The notes under the pieces are model-generated. The model was given only the letters and a program-made list of their open reading frames with translations. It did no database searches and had not been told where the DNA came from. 64,000 bases of DNA from Alphaproteobacteria bacterium (GTDB lineage: Bacteria; Pseudomonadota; Alphaproteobacteria; RF32; CAG-239): the NCBI GenBank assembly GCA_015062345.1, contig SUUV01000005.1:5175-69174 (forward strand). Reading direction: 5' to 3'. Shown here piece by piece: positions 29,473 through 38,523 of this stretch; position 1 is the first letter of the stretch, and each line of letters starts with the position of its first letter. The translations under genes were made by a program, and so were the position numbers.

Positions 29473-30315
29473 TTAAATAATTTCGTTGTATCTAAGTAAA
29501 ATATGATTAAACCATTTTTCTTGAAATTCGACCTCTTGCTCAATTGTTTTATCATCTAAATCATAGGCTTGAGGTACCACAATTAATTTATCATCGTCAT
29601 CATCTGTGCGCCGAATAACACCAATGCATCTGCCGACATATTTTTCAAGCGGTATGTCTTCCATCAAAACATAAGCATCTAATTCTTCACCGTCACCGGA
29701 TTCTGTAAACGGCAGATATCCGTAATTTACCGGATATTCATATCCGTATTTAGGATGTTTACTTGATTTCGGACGGTCAATAGTGACCATAACCTGATTA
29801 CCGATATAATGTGTCGTTGATAAATTATGCAAAACAACCGGATAATCATCCATATCGTTCCATTGTTCATATTGCTGTGCCAAAGTATCAAAGGTGTTTT
29901 CATCAATCATTAATGCCGACAAATCGTTTTTTGAGCGCTCCAAAGTTCTTTGTTTGGCAATATCCATATCGCAGTGAATATAATGAAACACAACATCATC
30001 GGTTAAGGTTTTTGCCCAATCGTAATATTCTTGTCGTTTTCGATATGTCCAAAAACCATAATCTAAAATTACATCTTTTCCGGCTTTGATAAATTCGACG
30101 GTTTGTTTTTTAATTTGCTCATCGATTATTTTGTATTTGGTTTGGAAATCATCAGGATTTCTGCCAAAATTTGCCATCATCAGTTCATCATGTGTAAAGC
30201 GCACCGCCAAAATTTCTTTTTCTAACTTTTTAGCAATTGTTGTTTTACCAAAGCCCATAAAACCGACCATTAAATGTATTGTTGCCATATCTGCTCTCCG
30301 TATTTGTGTTACCAA
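29473..30315 (-). CDS. Fusion protein: P-loop small-molecule-kinase-like (AAA_33/zeta-like) domain plus truncated family-I pyrophosphatase-like domain
   Basis: Walker A GFMGFGKTT is followed by DYGFW. The C-terminal ~110 aa aligns with family-I PPase (YPVNYGYLPFTESGDGEELDAYVL...GVIRRTDDDDDKLIVVP), but the VDR/Lys region is missing. Confidence 0.5.
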   Translation of the reverse strand: MVTQIRRADMATIHLMVGFMGFGKTTIAKKLEKEILAVRFTHDELMMANFGRNPDDFQTKYKIIDEQIKKQTVEFIKAGKDVILDYGFWTYRKRQEYYDWAKTLTDDVVFHYIHCDMDIAKQRTLERSKNDLSALMIDENTFDTLAQQYEQWNDMDDYPVVLHNLSTTHYIGNQVMVTIDRPKSSKHPKYGYEYPVNYGYLPFTESGDGEELDAYVLMEDIPLEKYVGRCIGVIRRTDDDDDKLIVVPQAYDLDDKTIEQEVEFQEKWFNHILLRYNEII

Positions 30316-30400
30316 AACAGATTAGCATATAAAATTTTAAATACAAACGAATAATTATTTTTTTAAATTTCATTAAAATCCTGCGCCCGATGTTCAGACG

Positions 30401-30431
30401 CAAAAAAACCACCCTAAAGGTGGCTTTTTTG
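30401..30431 (-). terminator. Hairpin terminator just 3' of tRNA-Pro
   Basis: aaaaaaccaccc-taa-aggtggctttttt. Confidence 0.55.
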
Positions 30432-30435
30432 TATC

Positions 30436-30512
30436 TGGTCGGGACGAGAGGATTTGAACCTCCGACTTCTTGCACCCCATGCAAGCGCTCTACCAGGCTG
30501 AACTACGTCCCG
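30436..30512 (-). tRNA. tRNA-Pro (anticodon GGG)
   Basis: The reverse complement gives a 77-nt cloverleaf: CGGGACG acceptor, GGTTCAAATCC T-arm, anticodon loop AUGGGGU, encoded CCA end. Confidence 0.8.
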
Positions 30513-30728
30513 TTATTATAACATAAATATACTTTTATCTCTTGGTGCAAGAAGTCTCCGACTTCTTGTCTTGCTTCGTAAAATTCGCTTTTATAAAAAG
30601 CTCATTAACTCCGCTTCGGTCAAAGAACTTATAACATTCGCTTCGTTCGCTTCTCGCTTCTCGCTCATTAACAAGTTCTTTCTTGAAATTAGATAAACTA
30701 TCCGTTGGGAAACTTTATCTAATTTCAA

Positions 30729-30778
30729 CCCCATGCAAGCGCTCTACCAGGCTGAACTACGTCCCGTTATTATAACAT
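30729..30778 (-). repeat. Duplicated fragment of tRNA-Pro (5' 38 nt of the tRNA plus 12 nt of flank)
   Basis: Exact copy of 30475-30524. Further direct repeats of aacattcgcttcgttcgcttctcgct...caagttcttt lie at ~30613-30670 and ~30774-30815. An inverted tRNA-derived palindrome lies at 30545-30572. Confidence 0.7.
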
Positions 30779-30848
30779 TCGCTTCGTTCGCTTCTCGCTC
30801 ATTACAAGTTCTTTAAGTTAAAAGCACCAATCACGGTGCTTCAAACAG

Positions 30849-30936
30849 TGGCGGAGCGTATAGGACTCGAACCTATGCATCGCTATTCACGATGACGGAT
30901 TAGCAATCCGCTGCATTACCACTCTGCCAACGCTCC
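30849..30936 (-). tRNA. tRNA-Ser (anticodon GCU), class II with long variable arm
   Basis: The reverse complement gives GGAGCGU...anticodon loop UUGCUAA...long extra arm...GGTTCGAGTCC...CGCUCCGCCA (88 nt). Confidence 0.75.
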
Positions 30937-31142
30937 ATGCTAACGAAAAGTATATTTATATTATCTTTTTGCTCCCGTCAACACATTTTTTTAGTTTTTT
31001 GCATAATTCTTTCGTAACAAGGTATAATTTTAAAATTTATACCATATTTTCTATATCTTCACACTCAATGATTATTCACCACCATCGTATTGATGTCAAT
31101 AGGAAAGGGGGTGAAAGACTTAATTTTATAACTGCTATTTTT

Positions 31143-31982
31143 TCATCTGGAACTTCTGCAATTACTTAAATAACGACACGCAAGCCTTTGATTGTAAGCG
31201 GTTTTATACAAATCGGATAATACTTTTTTTACATCGTTATCTAAAAACTTCATACCTTGTCTTGCAATCTTATAAGGTATGCCGAATTTTGCTTCAGCAA
31301 CGGCACCGGCAATGCAGGCGAGGGTATCTGTATCACCGCCTAATGATACCGCATTTCGAACTGCATCTTCATATGAGTTGGCATTTAATACACTTACAAT
31401 TGCAGGGACAAAAGTTTTTTTGCAAGTATAATAAAATTTATCCATTTTTTCTCGTTCTTGCTCAACAGTGGTAGTAAAATCGTATCCGTGTTGATTTCCG
31501 ATTTCGATAATTCTATCATTAAAGTTATAATGACCCGATAGGGCACAATGTATAATTTTTACATAAGCAGATACCGCATTGATACTGTCTTCATGATTAT
31601 GGGTTACACAAGTGAATTCAATGGCTTTATCAAGAGCCATTTTAGTATTCCTTTCAACAAACGGAATAGGGCTCACACGCATCAAACAACCATTTGTTTT
31701 GGCTTGATAAGGTTGTCTGTTTTCATTATTTACCCAAGCCATAAATCCGGAAGAAAAGGCAGCGTGTCCTGATGGATTTGTATTGTTAATATATTTTTTT
31801 GCCCAAAGCACAAGTTTTTCTTCGGCACTTCCGCCATTTATAACCCAATCGGCAGCAGCACAAGTCAAAATTGTATCATCTGTGAACTGACATTTATCAT
31901 CAAATAATTCAAAATTTTTCGACTTAATGTTATTAAACTCGAATCTGGAACCGATTATATCACCTAAAATTGCACCGTACAT
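31143..31982 (-). CDS. ADP-ribosylglycohydrolase-family protein
   Basis: N-terminal MYGAILGDIIGSRFEF and FTDDTILT motifs of the DraG/ARH family; 279 aa. Confidence 0.7.
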   Translation of the reverse strand: MYGAILGDIIGSRFEFNNIKSKNFELFDDKCQFTDDTILTCAAADWVINGGSAEEKLVLWAKKYINNTNPSGHAAFSSGFMAWVNNENRQPYQAKTNGCLMRVSPIPFVERNTKMALDKAIEFTCVTHNHEDSINAVSAYVKIIHCALSGHYNFNDRIIEIGNQHGYDFTTTVEQEREKMDKFYYTCKKTFVPAIVSVLNANSYEDAVRNAVSLGGDTDTLACIAGAVAEAKFGIPYKIARQGMKFLDNDVKKVLSDLYKTAYNQRLACRYLSNCRSSR

Positions 31983-32187
31983 ATTGTTTTCCTTTCGTGT
32001 TTTGCTTTAATATATGATATTTGCTAATTCAACACAAGATTTTTTTCATATATTGTGAATTACAATTCATATTTTGTATAATTTTCGATGAGGGGATATG
32101 TTTTTGTAAATTATATCATTTGTCGCATAATGTATATTATGTGGTTTTAATTACTAGCAGTGAGGGGATATGCCTCATTATTTTAGT

Positions 32188-33765
32188 TTATACCAATGAT
32201 GCTCTGATTAGTTCTTTTGTATATTTCTTTTGCGGGTTTTGTAAAATATCGGAAGCTTTTGACATTTCAACAATTTTACCATCTTTCATTACGGCAATTC
32301 TATCTGAAATAGATTTTATGGCTCGCATATCATGTGATATAAAAATATATGTCATATTATACTTATTCTGCAATTTTTTCAGCATCTCGACAATTTGTGC
32401 TTGCACTGTTACATCTAAAGCCGATGTCGGCTCATCAAGAACTACAATCTCCGGATTTAATATCAATGCTCTGGCTATGGCAATTCGTTGTCGTTGACCT
32501 CCTGAAAATTCGTGCGGATATTTATACAGATCGGCTTCTGACATACCGACTTCTTTTAACATTGCCACAGTTTTTTCCTGATATTCCTTTTCGCTTAAAC
32601 CATCAAAATGAACTCTTAAGCCTTCAGAGACAATTTCAAACACATTAAAACGCGGATTTAATGAATTATACGGGTCTTGAAAAACTATCTGTACCGTTTT
32701 TCTAAATTCTTTTTCATCTAATTCTTTGTATATGCTTATTTTTCCTTCATATCTGATTAAATCGGCAAAACACATTCCTAAGGTTGTTTTTCCCGAACCG
32801 CTTTCACCGACAACACCCAAAGTTTCACCTTTATACAAGCTCAAACTCACATTATCTAAGGCTTTTAAGGTTTGTATGGCTTTTCCGAAAAAGTTTTTCT
32901 TTAATACATATTCAACAGTTAGTTTTTTTATCGACGCAACCATTCTTTTGTTTTGTTTTTCTTGCTTTTTCAATGATAAAGAAGATGAAATTAATTTTTT
33001 AGTGTAGCTATGTTGAGGCCTTAAAAACAATTTATCCGCATTGTTTGTTTCTACCACCTCACCTTGATACATAACAACAATTCGGTCGGCAATTTTTTTA
33101 ATCAGTTGTAAATCATGACTGATAAACAAAACTGCCATATTAAATCGTTGTTTTAAATCAAGTATAAGGTTAATGATTTGCTCTTGCACCGTAACATCTA
33201 AGGCTGTTGTCGGTTCATCTGCTATCAAAATATCCGGTTTGTTAGCTATTGCCATTGCTATCATCACTCTTTGACGCTGACCTCCAGAAAGTTCAAACGG
33301 ATACGCATTGTACCTTTGCTTTGCATTGTTTATACCGACAATTTTTAACAATTCAACGGTTTCTTTTTTAGCCTCATCGTAATTTTTTTTCTGATGTCTT
33401 AATATATTTTCGGCAATTTGGTCACCGATTTTATGTAACGGATTTAGTGATGACATCGGCTCTTGAAATATAAACCCTATTTTTCCGCCCCTAACCTCAT
33501 TTAACACACTTTCATTTGCGCCGATAAGTTCTTGATTATTCAATTTTATTGAACTTTTGGCGCCATAAACAGCCTTATTTTTTTGCAACAATGACAATAT
33601 CGACAAGGCGGTAACCGATTTTCCCGAACCGCTTTCACCGACAATTCCCAACACCTCTCCCGTGTACAAATCAAAACTGATATCTTTAACTGCATCAAAC
33701 AACAATGCCTGATTTTCTGATTTAAAGCTTACTGATAAATTTTTGATTTTTAATATTTTTTTCAT
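32188..33765 (-). CDS. ABC transporter ATP-binding protein with two fused ATPase domains (YejF-like)
   Basis: Two Walker A motifs (GESGSGKS; GESGSGKT), two LSGGQRQR signatures and two Walker B motifs (ILIADEPTTALD; VVLDEPTSALD). Confidence 0.85.
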   Translation of the reverse strand: MKKILKIKNLSVSFKSENQALLFDAVKDISFDLYTGEVLGIVGESGSGKSVTALSILSLLQKNKAVYGAKSSIKLNNQELIGANESVLNEVRGGKIGFIFQEPMSSLNPLHKIGDQIAENILRHQKKNYDEAKKETVELLKIVGINNAKQRYNAYPFELSGGQRQRVMIAMAIANKPDILIADEPTTALDVTVQEQIINLILDLKQRFNMAVLFISHDLQLIKKIADRIVVMYQGEVVETNNADKLFLRPQHSYTKKLISSSLSLKKQEKQNKRMVASIKKLTVEYVLKKNFFGKAIQTLKALDNVSLSLYKGETLGVVGESGSGKTTLGMCFADLIRYEGKISIYKELDEKEFRKTVQIVFQDPYNSLNPRFNVFEIVSEGLRVHFDGLSEKEYQEKTVAMLKEVGMSEADLYKYPHEFSGGQRQRIAIARALILNPEIVVLDEPTSALDVTVQAQIVEMLKKLQNKYNMTYIFISHDMRAIKSISDRIAVMKDGKIVEMSKASDILQNPQKKYTKELIRASLV

Positions 33766-34778
33766 TTTGCTTTCCTTGTGTCAAAAGCATCTCTAACACC
33801 CTCACCTATAAAAATCAGCATACTTAACAAACTTGACAATACAATAAAAATCGTTACCCCAATCCATGGAGCTTGTAAGTTGTCTTTTCCTTGTCTGACC
33901 AAATCACCAAGTGAGGGATAATCTCCGGATAAGCCCAAACCCAAAAAATCGAGCGAAGTTAAAGCTACTATCGATTCTGATAAAATAAACGGAATAAATG
34001 TAACACTGGTTACCAATGCATTAGGTAATATATGCTTAAATATAATTCTAAAGTTGCTCACACCTAAGGCTTTTGCGGCTTTTACATATTCAAAATTGCG
34101 AGTTCGTAAAAACTCGGCTCTTACCATAGAAGTTAAAGAAGTCCATGAAAAAAGCATCAAAATTATCAACAAAGTCCAAAAGTTAGGTAAAAAGACACTT
34201 GCAATGATAATTAAGATAAAAAGTTGTGGTAAAGACTCCCACACTTCAATGAATCGTTGCAAAATTATATCGGTTTTACCGCCGAAATATCCCTGAACAG
34301 CGCCAATAACAATACCGATAAGCGATGACACAAATGTCAATATAAAAGCAAATACAACCGACAATCTGATACCATACAGGATGCGAGCCACAATATCCCT
34401 TCCCTCATCATCGGTACCGAGCCAATGCGTTTTATCTGGTTTGGTCGGAGCCGGAGCATCAATTTCGTAGTCAACCGTATTGTAAGAAAATGGTATAATC
34501 GGCATTATCATCCAACCGTTATTTTGTATATTTGATACAATCAGCGGGTCTTTATAATCGGCAGGTGTAGGAAAATCACCACCGAAAAACTCGTCTGTAT
34601 ATTCGGTAAATATCGGAAAATACAGCTCATTTTCATATTTTATCACCAATGGTTTATCATTGGCTAAAAGTTCGGAAAATAACGATAAAATAAAAACAAT
34701 CATAAACAAGACCAAAGCCGTAAGTGCCCGTTTATTATTTTTAAATGATGCTATTTTTCTTTTTAATACCGGATTCAT
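33762..34778 (-). CDS. ABC transporter permease (OppC/YejE-like)
   Basis: 338 aa with 6 TM segments and an N-terminal periplasmic loop. Overlaps the ATPase gene start by 4 nt. Confidence 0.75.
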   Translation of the reverse strand: MNPVLKRKIASFKNNKRALTALVLFMIVFILSLFSELLANDKPLVIKYENELYFPIFTEYTDEFFGGDFPTPADYKDPLIVSNIQNNGWMIMPIIPFSYNTVDYEIDAPAPTKPDKTHWLGTDDEGRDIVARILYGIRLSVVFAFILTFVSSLIGIVIGAVQGYFGGKTDIILQRFIEVWESLPQLFILIIIASVFLPNFWTLLIILMLFSWTSLTSMVRAEFLRTRNFEYVKAAKALGVSNFRIIFKHILPNALVTSVTFIPFILSESIVALTSLDFLGLGLSGDYPSLGDLVRQGKDNLQAPWIGVTIFIVLSSLLSMLIFIGEGVRDAFDTRKAK

Positions 34779-36769
34779 TAATTTTCCTTATTTTGCATCA
34801 AATTGTGGTTTTTTAAGGTCGGAATATGGTACTCAAATGTATCATTGGCTTTTTTATCGGTTTTTTCCTTTATAATATCAACCTTGTTCATATCATTTTT
34901 GTTCAACGAGAGCCAGTTTTGATACCATTTATTAAATATATTAATATTGTTTTTTATTTCATTAGGTTTAATTTCTCTTTGCTTAAGTTCTTTAACGATT
35001 TTGTTTCTGATACTTGTGCTAAAACCAAGTTCGCTTAAATTATCACATACATTAGCATTATACAAAAAATTATTTACGACATCGGTTGATGTGCATATCT
35101 TGTTATTTACCGTAAATTTTTTAATCTGAGGTGATTTAATTGCCAGAGCAACCATTTTATCATAGATAAATCTTTGAGAAAAATTTGTATTTTTGGTGTC
35201 GGCAAAATTATGATTTGCTCCGACACCGCTTATAATCAGAACTGTTTTATCCGAAAGATTAGCAGCTTCGAGCTTATCAACAAATTCTTGCAATTTGCCG
35301 TATAAACATCTTGTTTGCTCGGTATAAGATTTGTATTTAAGCTCATTTTTATTATCTGCAATCCACGGCAGATTGTCCATATTAACCCATTTTTCACGAG
35401 GTTTAATGCGGCAAAATTCATCATATATAAACATATCTGACGGAATGTCCGCATATACAAAATATGCTTTTCGTCCGGTATCGGATAGTATGTTTTCAGC
35501 TAGGACATCAAATGTTTTTATCGAATTAATCACATACAAATTGTTATAATTTATGCCAACCAGAGGAAGCTTTTCAGGCTCGGAAAATATCTTTAAAAAT
35601 CTGTATAAAGGAGCCAAATTTGAAATATTCATACTGGCCACCCATTCCGCAAACAAAAGTTGTGTACGACTTATTACCGAAATTCCGCTATCATATACAT
35701 TTACGGGACGATTTATTTTTTCCACACATCGGTCCACATTAAATTTATGATTTTTGTGGCATATGTCAATCCCTCTTGATTTGTATGCCGAAACATTATA
35801 TCCGGCTTGTTTGAAACTATCAAACAATTGATTATTTTGTAAGAAAATATGCTCATCATTGGTGTTAAAAAACTTCCAGTACCTGCTTAACAACATTGTG
35901 TTAAGTATGTGTTTTTTCGGTTCTTGATTGCTGTTGGTGTTAACCAGTTGAACAACATCTAAAAATTGGTCATCTTGTTTTGCATATGTATTTGGAAAAA
36001 TCTCAAATTTATTTTTAGCTAAAAATCCGGTAGCAACATTGAATGTACTTTTAGATAACAAGCTATCATCATTGGCAAAATATTTGTACGAGGCAAAATT
36101 CGGTAGCATAATATAGATGAACTTATTATCATGTTTAATATTAGGTTTGTTTTCTTGCAAATTGTTTTGCTCAATAAAATCGTGTTGTAATTTATATTCC
36201 GAATAATCGTGGCCGATAATTCCGATAAAAGCAATTAAAAATAAAAAAACATATATCGAAAATATTTTTAACGATGCCTTAAAAGCAATCCAAATAAACA
36301 AAATTGTTATAATCAGAGCCAAGACAACCACAGAAGATGTGTATAAAAATGTGGGCGTAAATTTGCCTAAATAAGAGCCCAAAAAATTGCCTATAAAACT
36401 TTTTGAATCCGATTGATAAAACTGATTAAAAAGTGTAATTACAAACCAATAAGTCAGCAATGCACAAACAATGTTTTGTAATGTCGGACACTTATAAAAA
36501 AACCCGATTACAACAACGGAAAACAAGCAAATAAAGAACAAAAGCAACAAAATTTCATAAAACACCATACCGTTATGAGTAAAAAGTGCCATATTTCCCG
36601 ATGTTGCAAACAAAACCATATTTATTGACAGCAACAAAAAAACATACAGGCTTTTTAGTATAAAGCCGATAGTTGCTTTTGATATTTTAATTTTTTCAGG
36701 AACTTTACAAGCTCTTGAAAATTTTTCGGAATCAAAAGTGAGCGGAGCTCTAAAGCGTCGTCTTTGCAT
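34778..36769 (-). CDS. Polytopic membrane protein with large C-terminal extracytoplasmic domain (possibly phosphotransferase/sulfatase-like)
   Basis: 663 aa. About 5 N-terminal TM helices, then a ~450-aa hydrophilic domain. I could not place a confident family motif. Confidence 0.35.
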   Translation of the reverse strand: MQRRRFRAPLTFDSEKFSRACKVPEKIKISKATIGFILKSLYVFLLLSINMVLFATSGNMALFTHNGMVFYEILLLLFFICLFSVVVIGFFYKCPTLQNIVCALLTYWFVITLFNQFYQSDSKSFIGNFLGSYLGKFTPTFLYTSSVVVLALIITILFIWIAFKASLKIFSIYVFLFLIAFIGIIGHDYSEYKLQHDFIEQNNLQENKPNIKHDNKFIYIMLPNFASYKYFANDDSLLSKSTFNVATGFLAKNKFEIFPNTYAKQDDQFLDVVQLVNTNSNQEPKKHILNTMLLSRYWKFFNTNDEHIFLQNNQLFDSFKQAGYNVSAYKSRGIDICHKNHKFNVDRCVEKINRPVNVYDSGISVISRTQLLFAEWVASMNISNLAPLYRFLKIFSEPEKLPLVGINYNNLYVINSIKTFDVLAENILSDTGRKAYFVYADIPSDMFIYDEFCRIKPREKWVNMDNLPWIADNKNELKYKSYTEQTRCLYGKLQEFVDKLEAANLSDKTVLIISGVGANHNFADTKNTNFSQRFIYDKMVALAIKSPQIKKFTVNNKICTSTDVVNNFLYNANVCDNLSELGFSTSIRNKIVKELKQREIKPNEIKNNINIFNKWYQNWLSLNKNDMNKVDIIKEKTDKKANDTFEYHIPTLKNHNLMQNKEN

Positions 36770-36833
36770 AGTTTTTCCTTTGGTTATAAACTAATGCTAT
36801 TTTATAAAAATAAGTCTGTATCACAAGTTTTTA

Positions 36834-37490
36834 TTACTGCCTATCCACAAATCCGACCACATTTTTCACAATTTGATTTATAACCTCGTTTATATTGACA
36901 TTTTCATCACGGTCCTTAACGGCAATTCTTGTCGCAAACGCATCACCTGTTTTCAAAAGAGAATATGCTTTTAAGCAAGATACCGCAACAATTGCCTGTT
37001 CTAAGGTTGTTGCCTTCATCTCAATTTTTTCGGTTTTATCATTTAATGTCATTAAAATAAGTTTGTTTTCATAGTCTTTTTTAATATCAATACCCAGATA
37101 TGACATATTGGCTATTTCTTTATATGCTTGCTTAAGCGGAAGATTATATAATCTTATGGCATATTTTAAGGCTATGGTTAAAGCCACATAAGGCTTGTAA
37201 GATTTTAACTCGCTTTCATAATTTTTAGTTTTAAACACCACACATTCTGTTTTGGTCTCCGTCAAGCAAGATTGCACAAATAAGGCAACCGCAAACAAAT
37301 TTGATGAAAAAAGCTTGCAATTGTTTTTAATCAATACAATTTGCTCATCAGAATATTTTTCCAAAACTTCAACGGCAAAATTGCGATACTCACAAAAAGA
37401 TTGCGGATTTTGGTTTAAAATCTCAACCACCGGTCTTTTTTGGTTTAAAAATTCATCATTGTCATTTTTATCAAAAGCAATTTCAAGCAT
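36834..37490 (-). CDS. Hypothetical protein (start placed at internal Met with AAGGGA upstream; the ORF extends to 37595)
   Basis: Intact ORF; no recognised motif. Confidence 0.35.
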   Translation of the reverse strand: MLEIAFDKNDNDEFLNQKRPVVEILNQNPQSFCEYRNFAVEVLEKYSDEQIVLIKNNCKLFSSNLFAVALFVQSCLTETKTECVVFKTKNYESELKSYKPYVALTIALKYAIRLYNLPLKQAYKEIANMSYLGIDIKKDYENKLILMTLNDKTEKIEMKATTLEQAIVAVSCLKAYSLLKTGDAFATRIAVKDRDENVNINEVINQIVKNVVGFVDRQ

Positions 37491-37629
37491 ACAACATAGT
37501 CCCTTGTTATTATAATTGATAATTTTAGCCGTTAAAAATCTTATGTCAAGAACTAAAACTCTTGATTTTGTGTAAACAAAGTTATATCGTCGCAAAAAAT
37601 TACTTGAACTAAAACAAAGGAACTGTCAA

Positions 37630-38412
37630 ATGTCGTACTATAACCCAAGCGAAATTGCTTCAATTTTTGCCGATGCATCTAAGGCTAAAGCTCAAACTCC
37701 GTTTATAAAATTTGCCTTAATGGCCATCATGGGTGGAATTTTTATTGCCTTAGGCGGACTTTTAACCGTGATTGTAGCCGGTGGAATGCCCGATGTTGCA
37801 ACCCATAATATCGGTTTGGTAAAATTTACCGCCGGTGCTTTGTTCCCTGTGGGACTTATTATGGTCTCAATTGCCGGAGCCGATTTGTTTACCAGTGATT
37901 GTGCCGGCATGGTGCTTTCCACTATGCAACAAAAGACCACAATAAAACAACTTATTAGAGTGTGGATATTAGCTTATTTATTTAATTTTATAGGTGCTCA
38001 ACTGGTAGCATATTTTATGGCACATAAAACCGGTATTATCACCCCTGCCCCATATGCCGACTACCTAACCTTGCTTGCAAGTTCAAAGCTTAAATATCCG
38101 TTTGCCACGGTTTTCTTAAAAGGCATAGGAGCCAATGCGCTTGTTTGCTTGGGCACTTGGATGGGATATGCCGGAAAAGATGTTGTCGGCAAAGCTTTGG
38201 GAATTTGGGTACCGGTGATGCTTTTTGTAACTTTGGGCTATGAACACTCCATTGCCAATATGTTTTTCATTCCGGCGGCAATTTATAACGGTGCCGATAT
38301 TTCATGGTGTCAGTTTGTGTTTGACAACCTGATACCGGCCACAATCGGAAATATTGTCGGCGGTGCCATCTTTATCGGTATGATATTCGGATATATTTAT
38401 AATAAAAAATAG
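37630..38412 (+). CDS. Formate/nitrite transporter (FNT) family channel
   Basis: 260 aa with 6 TM segments and an FNT-like topology (FLKGIGANALVCLGTWM...HSIANMFF). Confidence 0.75.
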   Translation: MSYYNPSEIASIFADASKAKAQTPFIKFALMAIMGGIFIALGGLLTVIVAGGMPDVATHNIGLVKFTAGALFPVGLIMVSIAGADLFTSDCAGMVLSTMQQKTTIKQLIRVWILAYLFNFIGAQLVAYFMAHKTGIITPAPYADYLTLLASSKLKYPFATVFLKGIGANALVCLGTWMGYAGKDVVGKALGIWVPVMLFVTLGYEHSIANMFFIPAAIYNGADISWCQFVFDNLIPATIGNIVGGAIFIGMIFGYIYNKK

Positions 38413-38416
38413 TTTT

Positions 38417-38446
38417 TTAAGCTCCGCAAAGGAGCTTATTTTTATA
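38417..38446 (+). terminator. Rho-independent terminator after the FNT gene
   Basis: aagctcc-gcaa-aggagctt followed by ATTTTTAT. Confidence 0.55.
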
Positions 38447-38523
38447 AATTAAGTAAAAATAAATCTTTTAAGCTTATAAGTATAAGCTATAAAATTACAA
38501 TGCGCTTATAAAGGAGAACTAAA

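Noticed and set aside
29473-30315. Calling the kinase-PPase fusion a second housekeeping ppa
   Set aside because: The PPase-like part lacks the N-terminal third of the family-I fold and is fused to a P-loop domain. A complete ppa exists at 22836-23387.
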